Source: Candidatus Omnitrophota bacterium
GTDB taxonomy: Bacteria; Omnitrophota; Gorgyraeia; Zapsychrales; Fredricksoniimonadaceae
Assembly: GCA_002753465.1 (NCBI GenBank)
Contig: PEAF01000002.1
Span: 10,942-74,941 of the forward strand
Direction: 5' to 3'
Length of the DNA: 64,000 nucleotides
In this document: positions 20,118 to 29,204 of the stretch, piece by piece
How positions within the stretch are numbered: the stretch's first letter is position 1
Layout: each line of letters begins with the position of its first letter
The notes under the pieces: model-generated
Told to the model about the DNA's origin: nothing
Database searches by the model: none
The model's input: only the letters and a program-made list of their open reading frames with translations
Program-made: the position numbers and the translations under genes

Positions 20118-20765
20118 TCAAACATCCCAACGAAAACTTTTATAAACTCGCATAAGATCATCAAAAGCGAAATCCCCATACTTAATTGGTGAAATTAAAT
20201 CGAGAAGTAATACATGTTTACCTGAAAGGGCGCTTTCACAGGGTATCATGATAGTTGCGTGGAATCTTTCGTCTCCATCTGAAAATCTCCCTTTTACTGT
20301 AAGCAATGCGCCTTTAATGCCCGCATCATTATTTTGAGCAACATCGGCCTTGCCTCCTCCATCAATATTTTCAATCAAATGCTCGGTTTTCTTAGTAAAT
20401 ATTGCCTCATAGTACTGCTCAAATGTTTCATTTGCTTTTACACTTACAATTTGGACTCGTAAATTACTATGTAACTCTTGGCACATAAACCTATAATCAA
20501 AGAAATTATCAGGATTATGTTCGGGATCAATCATCGAATTCAATAACCCTCTTGAAATAAACCAAATATATTTACAATCTTTGAAAGACATTTGATATTT
20601 AAAATATCGGCCTTTAATATCGCCAACTTTCTTGAAAAGAAGACTAAATGCTATAGGATGTGGCGGCTTATTCTTCCCGCCCATCGTTGACAAATCAGTC
20701 CCACAGTGCTTGCAAACTGTCGCGGCATCCTGAATCTCTTCAATACAAAAAGGACATTTTCTCAT
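20118..20765 (-). CDS. hypothetical protein with N-terminal zinc ribbon (CPFC...CKHC)
   Basis: 215 aa; CxxC-x13-CxxC at N-terminus, remainder unrecognized. Confidence 0.45.
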   Translation of the reverse strand: MRKCPFCIEEIQDAATVCKHCGTDLSTMGGKNKPPHPIAFSLLFKKVGDIKGRYFKYQMSFKDCKYIWFISRGLLNSMIDPEHNPDNFFDYRFMCQELHSNLRVQIVSVKANETFEQYYEAIFTKKTEHLIENIDGGGKADVAQNNDAGIKGALLTVKGRFSDGDERFHATIMIPCESALSGKHVLLLDLISPIKYGDFAFDDLMRVYKSFRWDV

Positions 20766-20807
20766 CTAATTTCATCCCTTTCTACTTACCAATGTTCTTG
20801 TTCAAGA

Positions 20808-21419
20808 TCACAACCCAAATTCACTCTTTAGCACAGCATTCTTCTCTTGATTTAAGCGCTGCTTATCTAACTCCACCTCATTATGAATAATATTAAACGC
20901 AGAAATAATATCTTCTACCCACTCCCCGTGGATAAAACAATCAGGTTCAGCGTTTATCTCCCAGTATGAGGAGCCGGACTTTCTAATGACTCCGTCCAAA
21001 GCGAACTCATAAACTTTCTTATTCTCAACCAATAATCTAAAAGCGCCATATTTTTTTACGCCTAAGAATGAAGACTTACGAAATAGAAAATCGAAAGCCC
21101 TGTTATTTATCATCATTCTTCGACAATCATTAAAGCCTTTCACATCAGGATTGCTTTGATACTTCATCCAAAACCCAAAGTCATAGCTAAAACTGTTTAA
21201 ATCTTTCGGCTTGTTCTTTTCATAATATTGCGACCGTGCATGGCATATTTTCTTGCCAACAACCACAAGGTCGGTGTGTGTCTGACCAAAATCAGACCCC
21301 CAATCGTAAAGCCTAAACATAATTTCACTCAACTTCAAACTTTTAGCCTTCTCTTTCAAAAGACGTATTTTTTCTTTGAGCTCCACTTCAGATACCAATT
21401 CCTGTCCATCGCTAGTCAT
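20808..21419 (-). CDS. hypothetical protein (203 aa), third gene of 3-gene operon
   Basis: 3-nt gap to upstream gene; coiled-coil-like N-terminus; no known motif. Confidence 0.45.
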   Translation of the reverse strand: MTSDGQELVSEVELKEKIRLLKEKAKSLKLSEIMFRLYDWGSDFGQTHTDLVVVGKKICHARSQYYEKNKPKDLNSFSYDFGFWMKYQSNPDVKGFNDCRRMMINNRAFDFLFRKSSFLGVKKYGAFRLLVENKKVYEFALDGVIRKSGSSYWEINAEPDCFIHGEWVEDIISAFNIIHNEVELDKQRLNQEKNAVLKSEFGL

Positions 21420-21421
21420 AA

Positions 21422-22222
21422 CTATTTTCCCTTCCTGACACCAATACGATATTTAATCGGCATCTTCGGGTCGCGTTCTACCTCAGGAATGCCAACTATC
21501 ATCGCGGGGTATGTCAACTTTAAATCAACCAACGTCACAAAAACTTCCTCTGAAAATTCAAACAAATTCGACCACAACACATTTAAAAAATCTTCAATCT
21601 TTTGGTTGTTAACAGTTGGAATCAAGACTTGGCCCTTGCCAGAAGAATCAATCTTGTAATTTATCATCGGCAAATTAAACCCATTATGCTCAATCTCAGT
21701 ACGAATTTCCCTGAATAACGCATACCATTGACGATCATCCCTAAGCATCTTTACAAACTCTTTGAGCCGCGAATCTTCCCCTCGGCCCAAAATTGACTGT
21801 AACCCCTTCTCAAAGGCAGGATCTTTCTGGAAAAAGAACCCAATGGGATAACCCATAAATGCAGAAAGCTTATCAAGACATTGAAGCGATATTCGTCCTT
21901 TTATAAAAAAATCCTTAAAATTACGATTCAGCTCTTGGGCAATGCTCTCTCTTACCGTCCAAGCATTATTTTGCCCTTCAATTATTTCTCCTGAACTAAT
22001 CTTTCTTGAATGATCATCAATAAGACGAGCACATTCTTTAAATGCCTGTCTACACTCCGCTAAATTATTAAATAAAGGCTCGTATAATCCATCGAACTCT
22101 TTGATCTGAACCTCGCCGCACATCACAAAATTCCTTAACTCCAAATTTTGACACATCATTCTAGCAAAAAAAGGATCAGCAGTTCCCTCGTCAGAAATCT
22201 TTTGTATTAGGAACGGCTTCAT
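21422..22222 (-). CDS. hypothetical protein (266 aa), second gene of 3-gene operon
   Basis: Overlaps lipoprotein gene by 4 nt; no known motif. Confidence 0.45.
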   Translation of the reverse strand: MKPFLIQKISDEGTADPFFARMMCQNLELRNFVMCGEVQIKEFDGLYEPLFNNLAECRQAFKECARLIDDHSRKISSGEIIEGQNNAWTVRESIAQELNRNFKDFFIKGRISLQCLDKLSAFMGYPIGFFFQKDPAFEKGLQSILGRGEDSRLKEFVKMLRDDRQWYALFREIRTEIEHNGFNLPMINYKIDSSGKGQVLIPTVNNQKIEDFLNVLWSNLFEFSEEVFVTLVDLKLTYPAMIVGIPEVERDPKMPIKYRIGVRKGK

Positions 22223-22710
22223 TTATACTTAATCGCCTTTGCCTTTATGTTTATAACTTTTTGTGATGTTGTCTCAGAAACAGGCATTGTCCCTACAGTG
22301 TTCCCATACGCGTCTTTTACTGATTCTTGTGTTATATCCGTATCTGTCCTGCTTCCTAATGATGTTTGAATATCCATTAAACCATCAGCCCCAATATTTC
22401 TTGCTTTCGTTTCCAATAATGGCCTCAGGTTGCTATCACGAATAACATACCCCATAACCTCACCTATCACTTCATACGGCTTCTGAGGTTTGTCTCCAAA
22501 AAACAAATCAATCGGATAGTCCTTTGTCTGAGGGGGATAGACACTCTTGTTGTAATTAACAAATGACAGCTGCCTATTAGCTGCAGAACCACCAAGCAGA
22601 TTGCCAAGAAGACCGCCGGATTCAGTAGCGCACCCAGTAGTCAAGACAACCAAAGCCAACAAACAAAAGATTTTTCTCATAATAACAGTCCTCTCCTTTT
22701 CGACGACCAT
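22219..22710 (-). CDS. hypothetical lipoprotein, first gene of 3-gene operon
   Basis: Signal peptide with lipobox MRKIFCLLALVVLTTGC (true start probably ~22680). Confidence 0.5.
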   Translation of the reverse strand: MVVEKERTVIMRKIFCLLALVVLTTGCATESGGLLGNLLGGSAANRQLSFVNYNKSVYPPQTKDYPIDLFFGDKPQKPYEVIGEVMGYVIRDSNLRPLLETKARNIGADGLMDIQTSLGSRTDTDITQESVKDAYGNTVGTMPVSETTSQKVINIKAKAIKYK

Positions 22711-22855
22711 AACTCTATACTTCTAAGCCTTCTTCTCCACAAATACTCTAATATCTGAATCAACAAATTTTGTGGATATTGTATCATCTGCGACGATATT
22801 CACAAACCGGAATTTTCCGCACACCCAGACATTCAGGCATTATGTCGGGTCACAG

Positions 22856-22893
22856 AAACAAAAAAGCCTGATCCCATATCTGGAACCAGGCGC
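22856..22893 (-). terminator. putative rho-independent terminator (minus strand) after the 236-aa gene
   Basis: GCCTG...CAGGC stem followed on minus strand by TTTTTTGTTT. Confidence 0.35.
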
Positions 22894-22930
22894 TGAGTAT
22901 TTCCTCTAAAAACCAAACATGCTGCTTTCT

Positions 22931-23641
22931 CTATGCCCCTTCCTTCGTGTTTTTCGACTTGATTGATTCTTTCATAAACTCAGCAAAAAGATTTCCCATT
23001 ATTTCAGAGACGGACAGGCCATTAATCTTTTCCTTGCTAACAAGATGCTTTGCTTGTGCCATAATCTTCTCAACTGGAGATCCAATGGCAAGAAGATCAT
23101 CATATGTCCTATGGGCGGCATTTCTTGCGATAAGATAACCGCAAAGATAGGCCGCTCCAATAACAGAAGACACATGAACAACTTGTTCATCAGTAAGTGC
23201 CTCCGGCATCATCGATGATTCGGCCTGAATAAATCTATTTACTTCATTAAAAAAGATCGGTTCTGCTTCGGCCAGAAACTTTAATATTTCTCGACCCTTC
23301 TCTGCGTCGGCAAGCGTCCCGTGAACATCCTGTATAATCTCCCGCGTTACGCTGTGCTCACCATGGCTTTTATTTAAATGCTTCAGTGGCGTCTCTTCTT
23401 CTGCCTCATCTTGTAAAGCAACGCCCTCCTCATCAGGCATCGGCCCATCACTTATTTTCTCCACATGTACATCAGCAATAGCTTGAATATCGCCGTCGTC
23501 TTTTAAATCTTCTAAAACATTATGAGCTAACAATTCAATCGCATGTTCCTCACAAGTTGCTTCAAGATCATATTCAATATGTGCCGAGACCGTCCATGTC
23601 TTCCGATCCTGTTCCATAAAACCCCCTGCGTTATTCCTCAT
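22931..23641 (-). CDS. hypothetical acidic protein (236 aa)
   Basis: Long ORF, highly acidic N-terminal half; no motif recognized. Confidence 0.4.
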   Translation of the reverse strand: MRNNAGGFMEQDRKTWTVSAHIEYDLEATCEEHAIELLAHNVLEDLKDDGDIQAIADVHVEKISDGPMPDEEGVALQDEAEEETPLKHLNKSHGEHSVTREIIQDVHGTLADAEKGREILKFLAEAEPIFFNEVNRFIQAESSMMPEALTDEQVVHVSSVIGAAYLCGYLIARNAAHRTYDDLLAIGSPVEKIMAQAKHLVSKEKINGLSVSEIMGNLFAEFMKESIKSKNTKEGA

Positions 23642-23651
23642 TTATTCGCGT

Positions 23652-23728
23652 TAACAGGTTCAAAATGTTCATGCGCCAACGTGACCAATCGTCAACCAAA
23701 GGTCTGGAGATACACTTTATTATTCATT
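23652..23728. repeat. direct repeat copy A (~77 nt, ~80% identical to copy B) downstream of FkbM gene
   Basis: Alignable with 24792-24865: TAACAG(G/A)TTCAAAAT...CGCCAACG...CAATCGTCA...TTCATT. Confidence 0.6.
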
Positions 23729-23749
23729 TTGTTATTATCAAGATCATGT

Positions 23750-24493
23750 TTATTGCTTGGGAGAAAAATACCAGTTTAATGGATCATACGGTAAATATTT
23801 ATCAATCCGCTCGTACCCGTACTTTTGAAAATAATCCAGAATCTTTTTGCTTGTCCGGCGGGCATGTTCAATACAAACAAGTTCAGGTCTGAATTTCTTA
23901 ATATTAAAGCCTGCCAAGGCCTCGGGCTCCCCGCCTTCAATATCCATCGAAAGGAAATCTATCTTTGATACTCCATTCTGATCTAGTAAAGCATCAAGGG
24001 TAATGGCCGGAGCTTCTTGCTGTTTTATATTAGGACTCTGGATATGGTGGTATTTCACAGAAGCTTTCAAGAACCTTACATTTGCTGAAGAAAGTGCTTT
24101 TGCATTTAAAAGTGCGAAAAACGGTTCATTATTAGCCGAATGGTCAGTGACAATGAATCTGAAAAACCTGGTTTTCGGCCGATATTTTAAATACGCATCC
24201 GCATACTCAGCCAGGGCGTCAACCGCTATGCCTGCCCAGCCAAGATGTTGCTCAAGATAATACGTCGTGCTCATGTCTTTATAATCCGCGCACCCTACAT
24301 CAAGAAAAACACCGTTGGAACGGTCATTGAAGAAATCTCGGATTATAAGCTCTTCATTATATTGCGAGTAGAGCTTAACCCCATTATCGAGAATCTCACC
24401 TGCAATGGCATTGTCTTTATGCGCCCAAGGAACGATCTCGTTTACTAAAAATAAATTTAATATAGTAATGAAAATCACAATTATCTTATTCAT
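23750..24493 (-). CDS. FkbM-family methyltransferase
   Basis: 247 aa; VFLDVGCADY SAM-binding motif and FkbM hallmark IDFLSMDIEGGEPEAL; N-terminal hydrophobic segment. Confidence 0.65.
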   Translation of the reverse strand: MNKIIVIFITILNLFLVNEIVPWAHKDNAIAGEILDNGVKLYSQYNEELIIRDFFNDRSNGVFLDVGCADYKDMSTTYYLEQHLGWAGIAVDALAEYADAYLKYRPKTRFFRFIVTDHSANNEPFFALLNAKALSSANVRFLKASVKYHHIQSPNIKQQEAPAITLDALLDQNGVSKIDFLSMDIEGGEPEALAGFNIKKFRPELVCIEHARRTSKKILDYFQKYGYERIDKYLPYDPLNWYFSPKQ

Positions 24494-24791
24494 TAATGCA
24501 ACTTTTCTTCCCTGTCATCATAATATTAAATTTATCCAACACCCAAATTGGGGACAGTTGAAGTACTTTAAACTCCCAATCCTTGATCTTACCCCAATAT
24601 TGACGCGGAGTCGGGCTGTCAGTTAAAGCCTCTACCACATCAACAACACTGAAAAACCATTCATTCTCATGAAAGACTCGCCTGATCTTCTATACTCAAA
24701 CACAACAAGCGATTTATTTTTATCCATAAACCTTCTCCAAGGTTTTAATCAAGATCGTGAAACTTTCTACTCTTTTTCGCTTATCTTCTGT

Positions 24792-24865
24792 AACAGATTC
24801 AAAATCATCCCACGCCAACGCGAACAATCGTCAGCCGATAGTCTGAAGAAATATATTTTTCATTG
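24792..24865. repeat. direct repeat copy B (~74 nt), ~10 nt 3' of ABC ATPase stop
   Basis: See copy A; both copies begin immediately 3' of a minus-strand gene stop. Confidence 0.6.
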
Positions 24866-24874
24866 ATCCTGCCA

Positions 24875-25720
24875 TTACCTAACTTTCGCTGGTGCTCTTA
24901 ATGCGTAATAATACCCATCCTTGATATTAATATCGACGGGCGTGCCGAACAACTTACTGACATTCTTTCCCGTCAAAACAGCCGACTTATCCCCATCCAT
25001 ACAGAACTTGCCATCTTTCATCAGAACAACCCGCCCTATTTCAGGAATGATGTCGGAAAGATTGTGCGTAACAAGAATAATGCTCGTGCCTGATCGAGCT
25101 ATCTTACGAAGCATGTCTGTGAACTTGTAAAGGGCATGAAGATCCAGGCTTGTCGTAGGCTCGTCCAGTATCAATGCTTTGGGGTCATGGACCAAAGCCC
25201 TTCCGATCAAAAAACGGCGAGCTTCACCTGAAGACATCTCATTCATTTTCCTATGCTTCAGGTGATCGATCTCAAGAAATTCAATAACCCTTCCAGCCTT
25301 CTTCTTCATGGCAGGAGTCAGGCGCTCCTTGAACAAACCGATGCTACTAAAAAACCCTGACAAAACAACTTCAAGTCCAGTTATATCTCTCGTACAAACG
25401 TGTTGAAGGTCATTGGATACTATCCCCAGCAATTTCCTCAGCTCGGAAATATTCCATCGTTCCTGACCTAATATCCTGCATGAACTAGCCCTGTCATCTT
25501 TCAGGACCGGATAATACTCGCGTGTTATAACTTTGATCAAAGAAGACTTACCCGCGCCGTTGGGGCCCAAAATAGCAAGATTATCGCCTTCATAGATCTT
25601 AAGGGATATCGAATTAAGAACCTTGGCCTTCACTCCTTTAAGAACAGTGAGATCTTTGAATTCTAATAAAGGGACTTCCTGGTCGTTCATATTTTTAAAC
25701 TCACTTACCAATATCTTCAT
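24875..25720 (-). CDS. stand-alone ABC transporter ATP-binding protein
   Basis: 281 aa; Walker A GPNGAGKSSL, signature MSSGEARR, Walker B LILDEPTTSLD. Confidence 0.75.
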   Translation of the reverse strand: MKILVSEFKNMNDQEVPLLEFKDLTVLKGVKAKVLNSISLKIYEGDNLAILGPNGAGKSSLIKVITREYYPVLKDDRASSCRILGQERWNISELRKLLGIVSNDLQHVCTRDITGLEVVLSGFFSSIGLFKERLTPAMKKKAGRVIEFLEIDHLKHRKMNEMSSGEARRFLIGRALVHDPKALILDEPTTSLDLHALYKFTDMLRKIARSGTSIILVTHNLSDIIPEIGRVVLMKDGKFCMDGDKSAVLTGKNVSKLFGTPVDINIKDGYYYALRAPAKVR

Positions 25721-26153
25721 TCCAAAGGGCAGGAGATTTTTTAATGAATGATTCCATCATTTGGATACATTCAGCGTCCTGGAGAACATCGATCGAAACA
25801 CCACTCTGTCGCAACAGGCCCTCCGCCCCCAGGAATGTTTTATTCTCACCTATAACCACACGGCGTATTCCATAAAGAAGCATTGTCCCTGCACACATCA
25901 TACAAGGGGAAAGTGTTGTGTACATTATGCAGTCCCGATAAACAGCTGCATTTTGACGACCCGCATTCTCCATGGCATCAGTCTCACCATGTAAAATAAC
26001 ACTGTTTTTTTGGACCCGGCGATTATGGCCGCGACCGATGATCCTGCCTTTATACACCAGAACGGCACCAATAGGTATGCCACCCTCAACGAGGCCGGCC
26101 TTAGCCTCCTCTATAGCTTCCTTCATAAAACTATCCATAAAACTCCATAACAA
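25701..26153 (-). CDS. cytosine deaminase, yeast Fcy1-type (CDA fold)
   Basis: 150 aa; HGETDAMENAGR...YTTLSPCMMCAG zinc motifs and C-terminal WNEDIGK colinear with Fcy1-type cytosine deaminases; overlaps ABC ATPase start. Confidence 0.6.
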   Translation of the reverse strand: MLWSFMDSFMKEAIEEAKAGLVEGGIPIGAVLVYKGRIIGRGHNRRVQKNSVILHGETDAMENAGRQNAAVYRDCIMYTTLSPCMMCAGTMLLYGIRRVVIGENKTFLGAEGLLRQSGVSIDVLQDAECIQMMESFIKKSPALWNEDIGK

Positions 26154-26174
26154 TAACCCAGAACATGAAGAAAA

Positions 26175-27836
26175 TTAACCGGCAGATATCTTTACAATAT
26201 ATTTATCGCCAATAACCTTCAACAAGACCGGGTTCATTCCATTGTGCTGAGAAAACGTACGCAGATCCTCCCAATCGTGATCAGATACAACTCCGTACGT
26301 TACACCTTGACGTCGCAAGAAAGCAATCAATTCCTCATGTGAATCCAGGTTCTCAATTGGATGAGGACTGAAATAATTCTTTCCATTGATATTCATTAAG
26401 GCTACATCTTTATTCAGATAATATTTAACGCTTCGCGCAAAAAACTTTGAAGAGATAATCTTTCCGCTCGCCGCAGGTTGCTCAGATAAATATTGAGCTG
26501 CCGCTTGAGTTGAGACATAAGGTTCAATATTCTTATGAAGTAACAAAGCTCCGAAAAAGACCAGGGGTAATTGGACACTAAAGCAAACAAAAGCCTCACG
26601 TATGCGCCCATGCCAAATATAAAAAGCAGTGAGGCCTAAAAATATAATTTCTCCTGCCCCAATAGCCAGGAATTTCGGCGTAAATGAAACGTAATGGCTG
26701 AATTTTAAGGGCCCGATCAAAAGAACAAGAAGTATCACGGCACACAACGAGAAGGTCCACCACAACATAGTTTTGAACTTTTTCTTGTTTTCCTCGTAAC
26801 AACTAACCCAGCAATCCCCCGTCAGAAGCGCCATCGCCGGGAAAAGAGGAAAAATATAGCTCACCAACTTTGAATGCGCTACCTGAAAGACTATAAAAAC
26901 CACAAGTATCCAAAGGATCAAGAACTGCTGAAAATTAGTAGCTCTTCCTTTTATAAAAGAACTTCCAGACCGCCATAAGCCGGCGCCCGCGAACAGGACC
27001 CACGGGAACATACAGCCCAACATTGAAGCCGGGTAAAAATACCAACGGTCATTCTTTAAATGCTCGGCCTCTAAAAGCCGCCGCCAATGATCATTGTAGA
27101 AAAACTCCTTAATAAACACATCGCCGTAGCGCTTGAACATTAATGCATACCAGGGTACTGACAGTAAAAGCATGAGAACAAAACCCAAGAGAAACGCACG
27201 CACGGCCATGAACTTGATCTCACGTCTCATCAAAAGGAAAATAAAAATAGTCAACAAGGGTATGGCATAACCTAAGGGGCCCTTGGTCAAAACAGCTAAG
27301 GCCGCAAAGATATGAAAAAAGATCAGTCCGCTACTCTTAAAAGTCGGCCTGGCATACGCCACATAAAATGAAGCCAGTGACAGAAGAATAAAAACAGTAA
27401 AGATCATGTCCGTAAAGACAGTCCTGGCAAGCCCTATATACAGCCCCGAACTCATAAGCATCAAAGCGCTGATCAAAGCTCGACGCGAATCGTTAAATGC
27501 AACCTTACCGAGCCAATATGCAGCAAACCCTCCCAAAAGAGCAAAAAAAGCAGGGAAAAATCTTGCCGCAAATGAATTCTCACCAAAAATCAAAAAACCA
27601 ATACGGATAAGATCATAGGTCAAAACAGGTTTTTCAAATTGCGGATGGTCAAACAGATAAGGCGTTGTCCATGTGCACTGACGTGCCATTTCCTTCGCAG
27701 TGCCGGCGTAAAAAACCTCATCAGGATTTGTAAGACTTAAAACATTATTTCCGATAAAGAAAGCTAATAAACCAAAAATTAAAAGAAATAGACTATTACG
27801 CAAACATAGGTTCATGGTAGCTCCAGGGTTCGCCAA
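26175..27836 (-). CDS. GT-C glycosyltransferase family 39 (ArnT/PMT-like) membrane protein
   Basis: 553 aa polytopic; N-terminal DE...YAGTAKEM loop typical of GT39/ArnT. Confidence 0.6.
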   Translation of the reverse strand: MANPGATMNLCLRNSLFLLIFGLLAFFIGNNVLSLTNPDEVFYAGTAKEMARQCTWTTPYLFDHPQFEKPVLTYDLIRIGFLIFGENSFAARFFPAFFALLGGFAAYWLGKVAFNDSRRALISALMLMSSGLYIGLARTVFTDMIFTVFILLSLASFYVAYARPTFKSSGLIFFHIFAALAVLTKGPLGYAIPLLTIFIFLLMRREIKFMAVRAFLLGFVLMLLLSVPWYALMFKRYGDVFIKEFFYNDHWRRLLEAEHLKNDRWYFYPASMLGCMFPWVLFAGAGLWRSGSSFIKGRATNFQQFLILWILVVFIVFQVAHSKLVSYIFPLFPAMALLTGDCWVSCYEENKKKFKTMLWWTFSLCAVILLVLLIGPLKFSHYVSFTPKFLAIGAGEIIFLGLTAFYIWHGRIREAFVCFSVQLPLVFFGALLLHKNIEPYVSTQAAAQYLSEQPAASGKIISSKFFARSVKYYLNKDVALMNINGKNYFSPHPIENLDSHEELIAFLRRQGVTYGVVSDHDWEDLRTFSQHNGMNPVLLKVIGDKYIVKISAG

Positions 27837-29200
27837 GCGGTTTCATCCAAGGTTAGATCATAAAGGGCTGTTTTAGCGCTGCTTAATATGCGCTCAGGAT
27901 TTCCCAATAACGCTAAGGGAACTTTAAAAATCAGCTCCTTATCTTTCTCGATAAAGATAATTTCTTTTGAACTGATCGTCTTCTTTTTATCTTTTACGTG
28001 AAACCCGTTAATGCCGAATATCAATGAGATCTTTGGCATTTGCGCGAAAGGGATGGTCCTATTATAACCCATCAGATAAACAGATATCCCGAACTCTTTA
28101 TCCATTGATCGACGTAGCTTAAGTTTGACAACTAAATAATTTCCTTGCCGGGCATAGAATGTCCCGGCAAAATGATTGTCCGCATCACTTTTAATACGAT
28201 TCTTTGGCTTCTTAAGCGTCGAGACATCAGACCAGACAAGCTCAGTATCTGACGCCAACTGTTTTACTAGAGTGACCATGGGAAAGTCACCAAAAAGTTC
28301 GTTCTGACGCACAAAAGTTACCAGGTATCTTGGTGCGTACTTGATCTGTGACGGATACTCAAGAATGGCATCATACTTCTTCCCGATCTCAAAAGGACCT
28401 AACGGCTGTTTTATCCAGTTAATATTGCTATGTTCAAAACCTGGCGGAACATCTAAGAATAACTCCGGATGATACCCGCGTGGCACTGGCCATGCCTGAA
28501 CATGGATAATATAAGGATAAATTAAAGGCGGCTCCACCTTGCGCTCATTCTCAAGATCCCACAGGGCGATCCGCGTAAAAAGGTAAGTGGAACGATGATC
28601 ACGGTTCACATCGGCCGGATGAGTAACAAAAACCATTGTTGGTTTATACGCCTCTATCACGCGTTTAAGGTCAGCAAGAATATTATCACCGATATAGGCA
28701 GCTCCCGGTGACAAAGCCTCAGGGTACGGCACCTTACGGACCCTGGCAAGCATGCTGCGAAAAGGCTTTACATCGCCCCAGTATTTCAGAAAGATCTCCA
28801 TAGTCCCGTAATCAGGATACCCCAAAGAAACAACATCTTCTGGGGCTACGCCTAAAAGATGCATGGCATCAACGGTCTCTCTCCGGCGAACTTCTCCCAA
28901 ACGTAAAAATTCTTTCGGCTTCAGGACAATCCTGTGCTCATAAACAATAAAGGCAAACTCGTTATTCTCTCCCTGGGTCAATAAGCAGATCTTGACCTTT
29001 GCCCCCGCCTTGATGGCCTGCTGAATAACGCCCGAAGCACCGATTGTTTCGTCATCCGGATGCGGTGCTACCACCAGAACGCGGTCATCGCTTGAAAACT
29101 TGATCGATGGCTCATTGACGGTTTCAGCTGCAACTGAAAAACATGGACCGAGAGCCATGTAAACAAATAAAACAAGCGCCTTCTTTAGAAAATTATTCAT
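27812..29200 (-). CDS. PIG-L/LmbE-family N-acetylglucosaminyl deacetylase with signal peptide and C-terminal extension
   Basis: LVVAPHPDDETIGASG motif; secretion signal. Confidence 0.65.
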   Translation of the reverse strand: MNNFLKKALVLFVYMALGPCFSVAAETVNEPSIKFSSDDRVLVVAPHPDDETIGASGVIQQAIKAGAKVKICLLTQGENNEFAFIVYEHRIVLKPKEFLRLGEVRRRETVDAMHLLGVAPEDVVSLGYPDYGTMEIFLKYWGDVKPFRSMLARVRKVPYPEALSPGAAYIGDNILADLKRVIEAYKPTMVFVTHPADVNRDHRSTYLFTRIALWDLENERKVEPPLIYPYIIHVQAWPVPRGYHPELFLDVPPGFEHSNINWIKQPLGPFEIGKKYDAILEYPSQIKYAPRYLVTFVRQNELFGDFPMVTLVKQLASDTELVWSDVSTLKKPKNRIKSDADNHFAGTFYARQGNYLVVKLKLRRSMDKEFGISVYLMGYNRTIPFAQMPKISLIFGINGFHVKDKKKTISSKEIIFIEKDKELIFKVPLALLGNPERILSSAKTALYDLTLDETAWRTLELP

Positions 29201-29204
29201 AAAC

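Larger units (their letters stand above)
12442..24870. mobile_element. integrative element/genomic island (~12.4 kb) with large serine recombinase, replication and excision genes plus AT-rich cargo; no virion genes
   Basis: Recombinase at left edge abutting core gene miaB; Rep-O-like, Xis-like, Cas4-like nuclease, DUF2958, SpoVG-like genes; drop in GC after ~19000; core-like genes resume at ~24875. Right boundary approximate. Confidence 0.6.

Noticed and set aside
23652-24865. Interpretation of the flanking repeats as integron attC sites
   Set aside because: No convincing RYYYAAC/GTTRRRY core pair or extended dyad symmetry seen by eye; kept only as an unexplained direct repeat.
24500-24870. 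Possibility that the island split miaB and the original 5' end lies at the far end
   Set aside because: Translating the minus strand near 24700-24870 gives no MiaB-like N-terminus.
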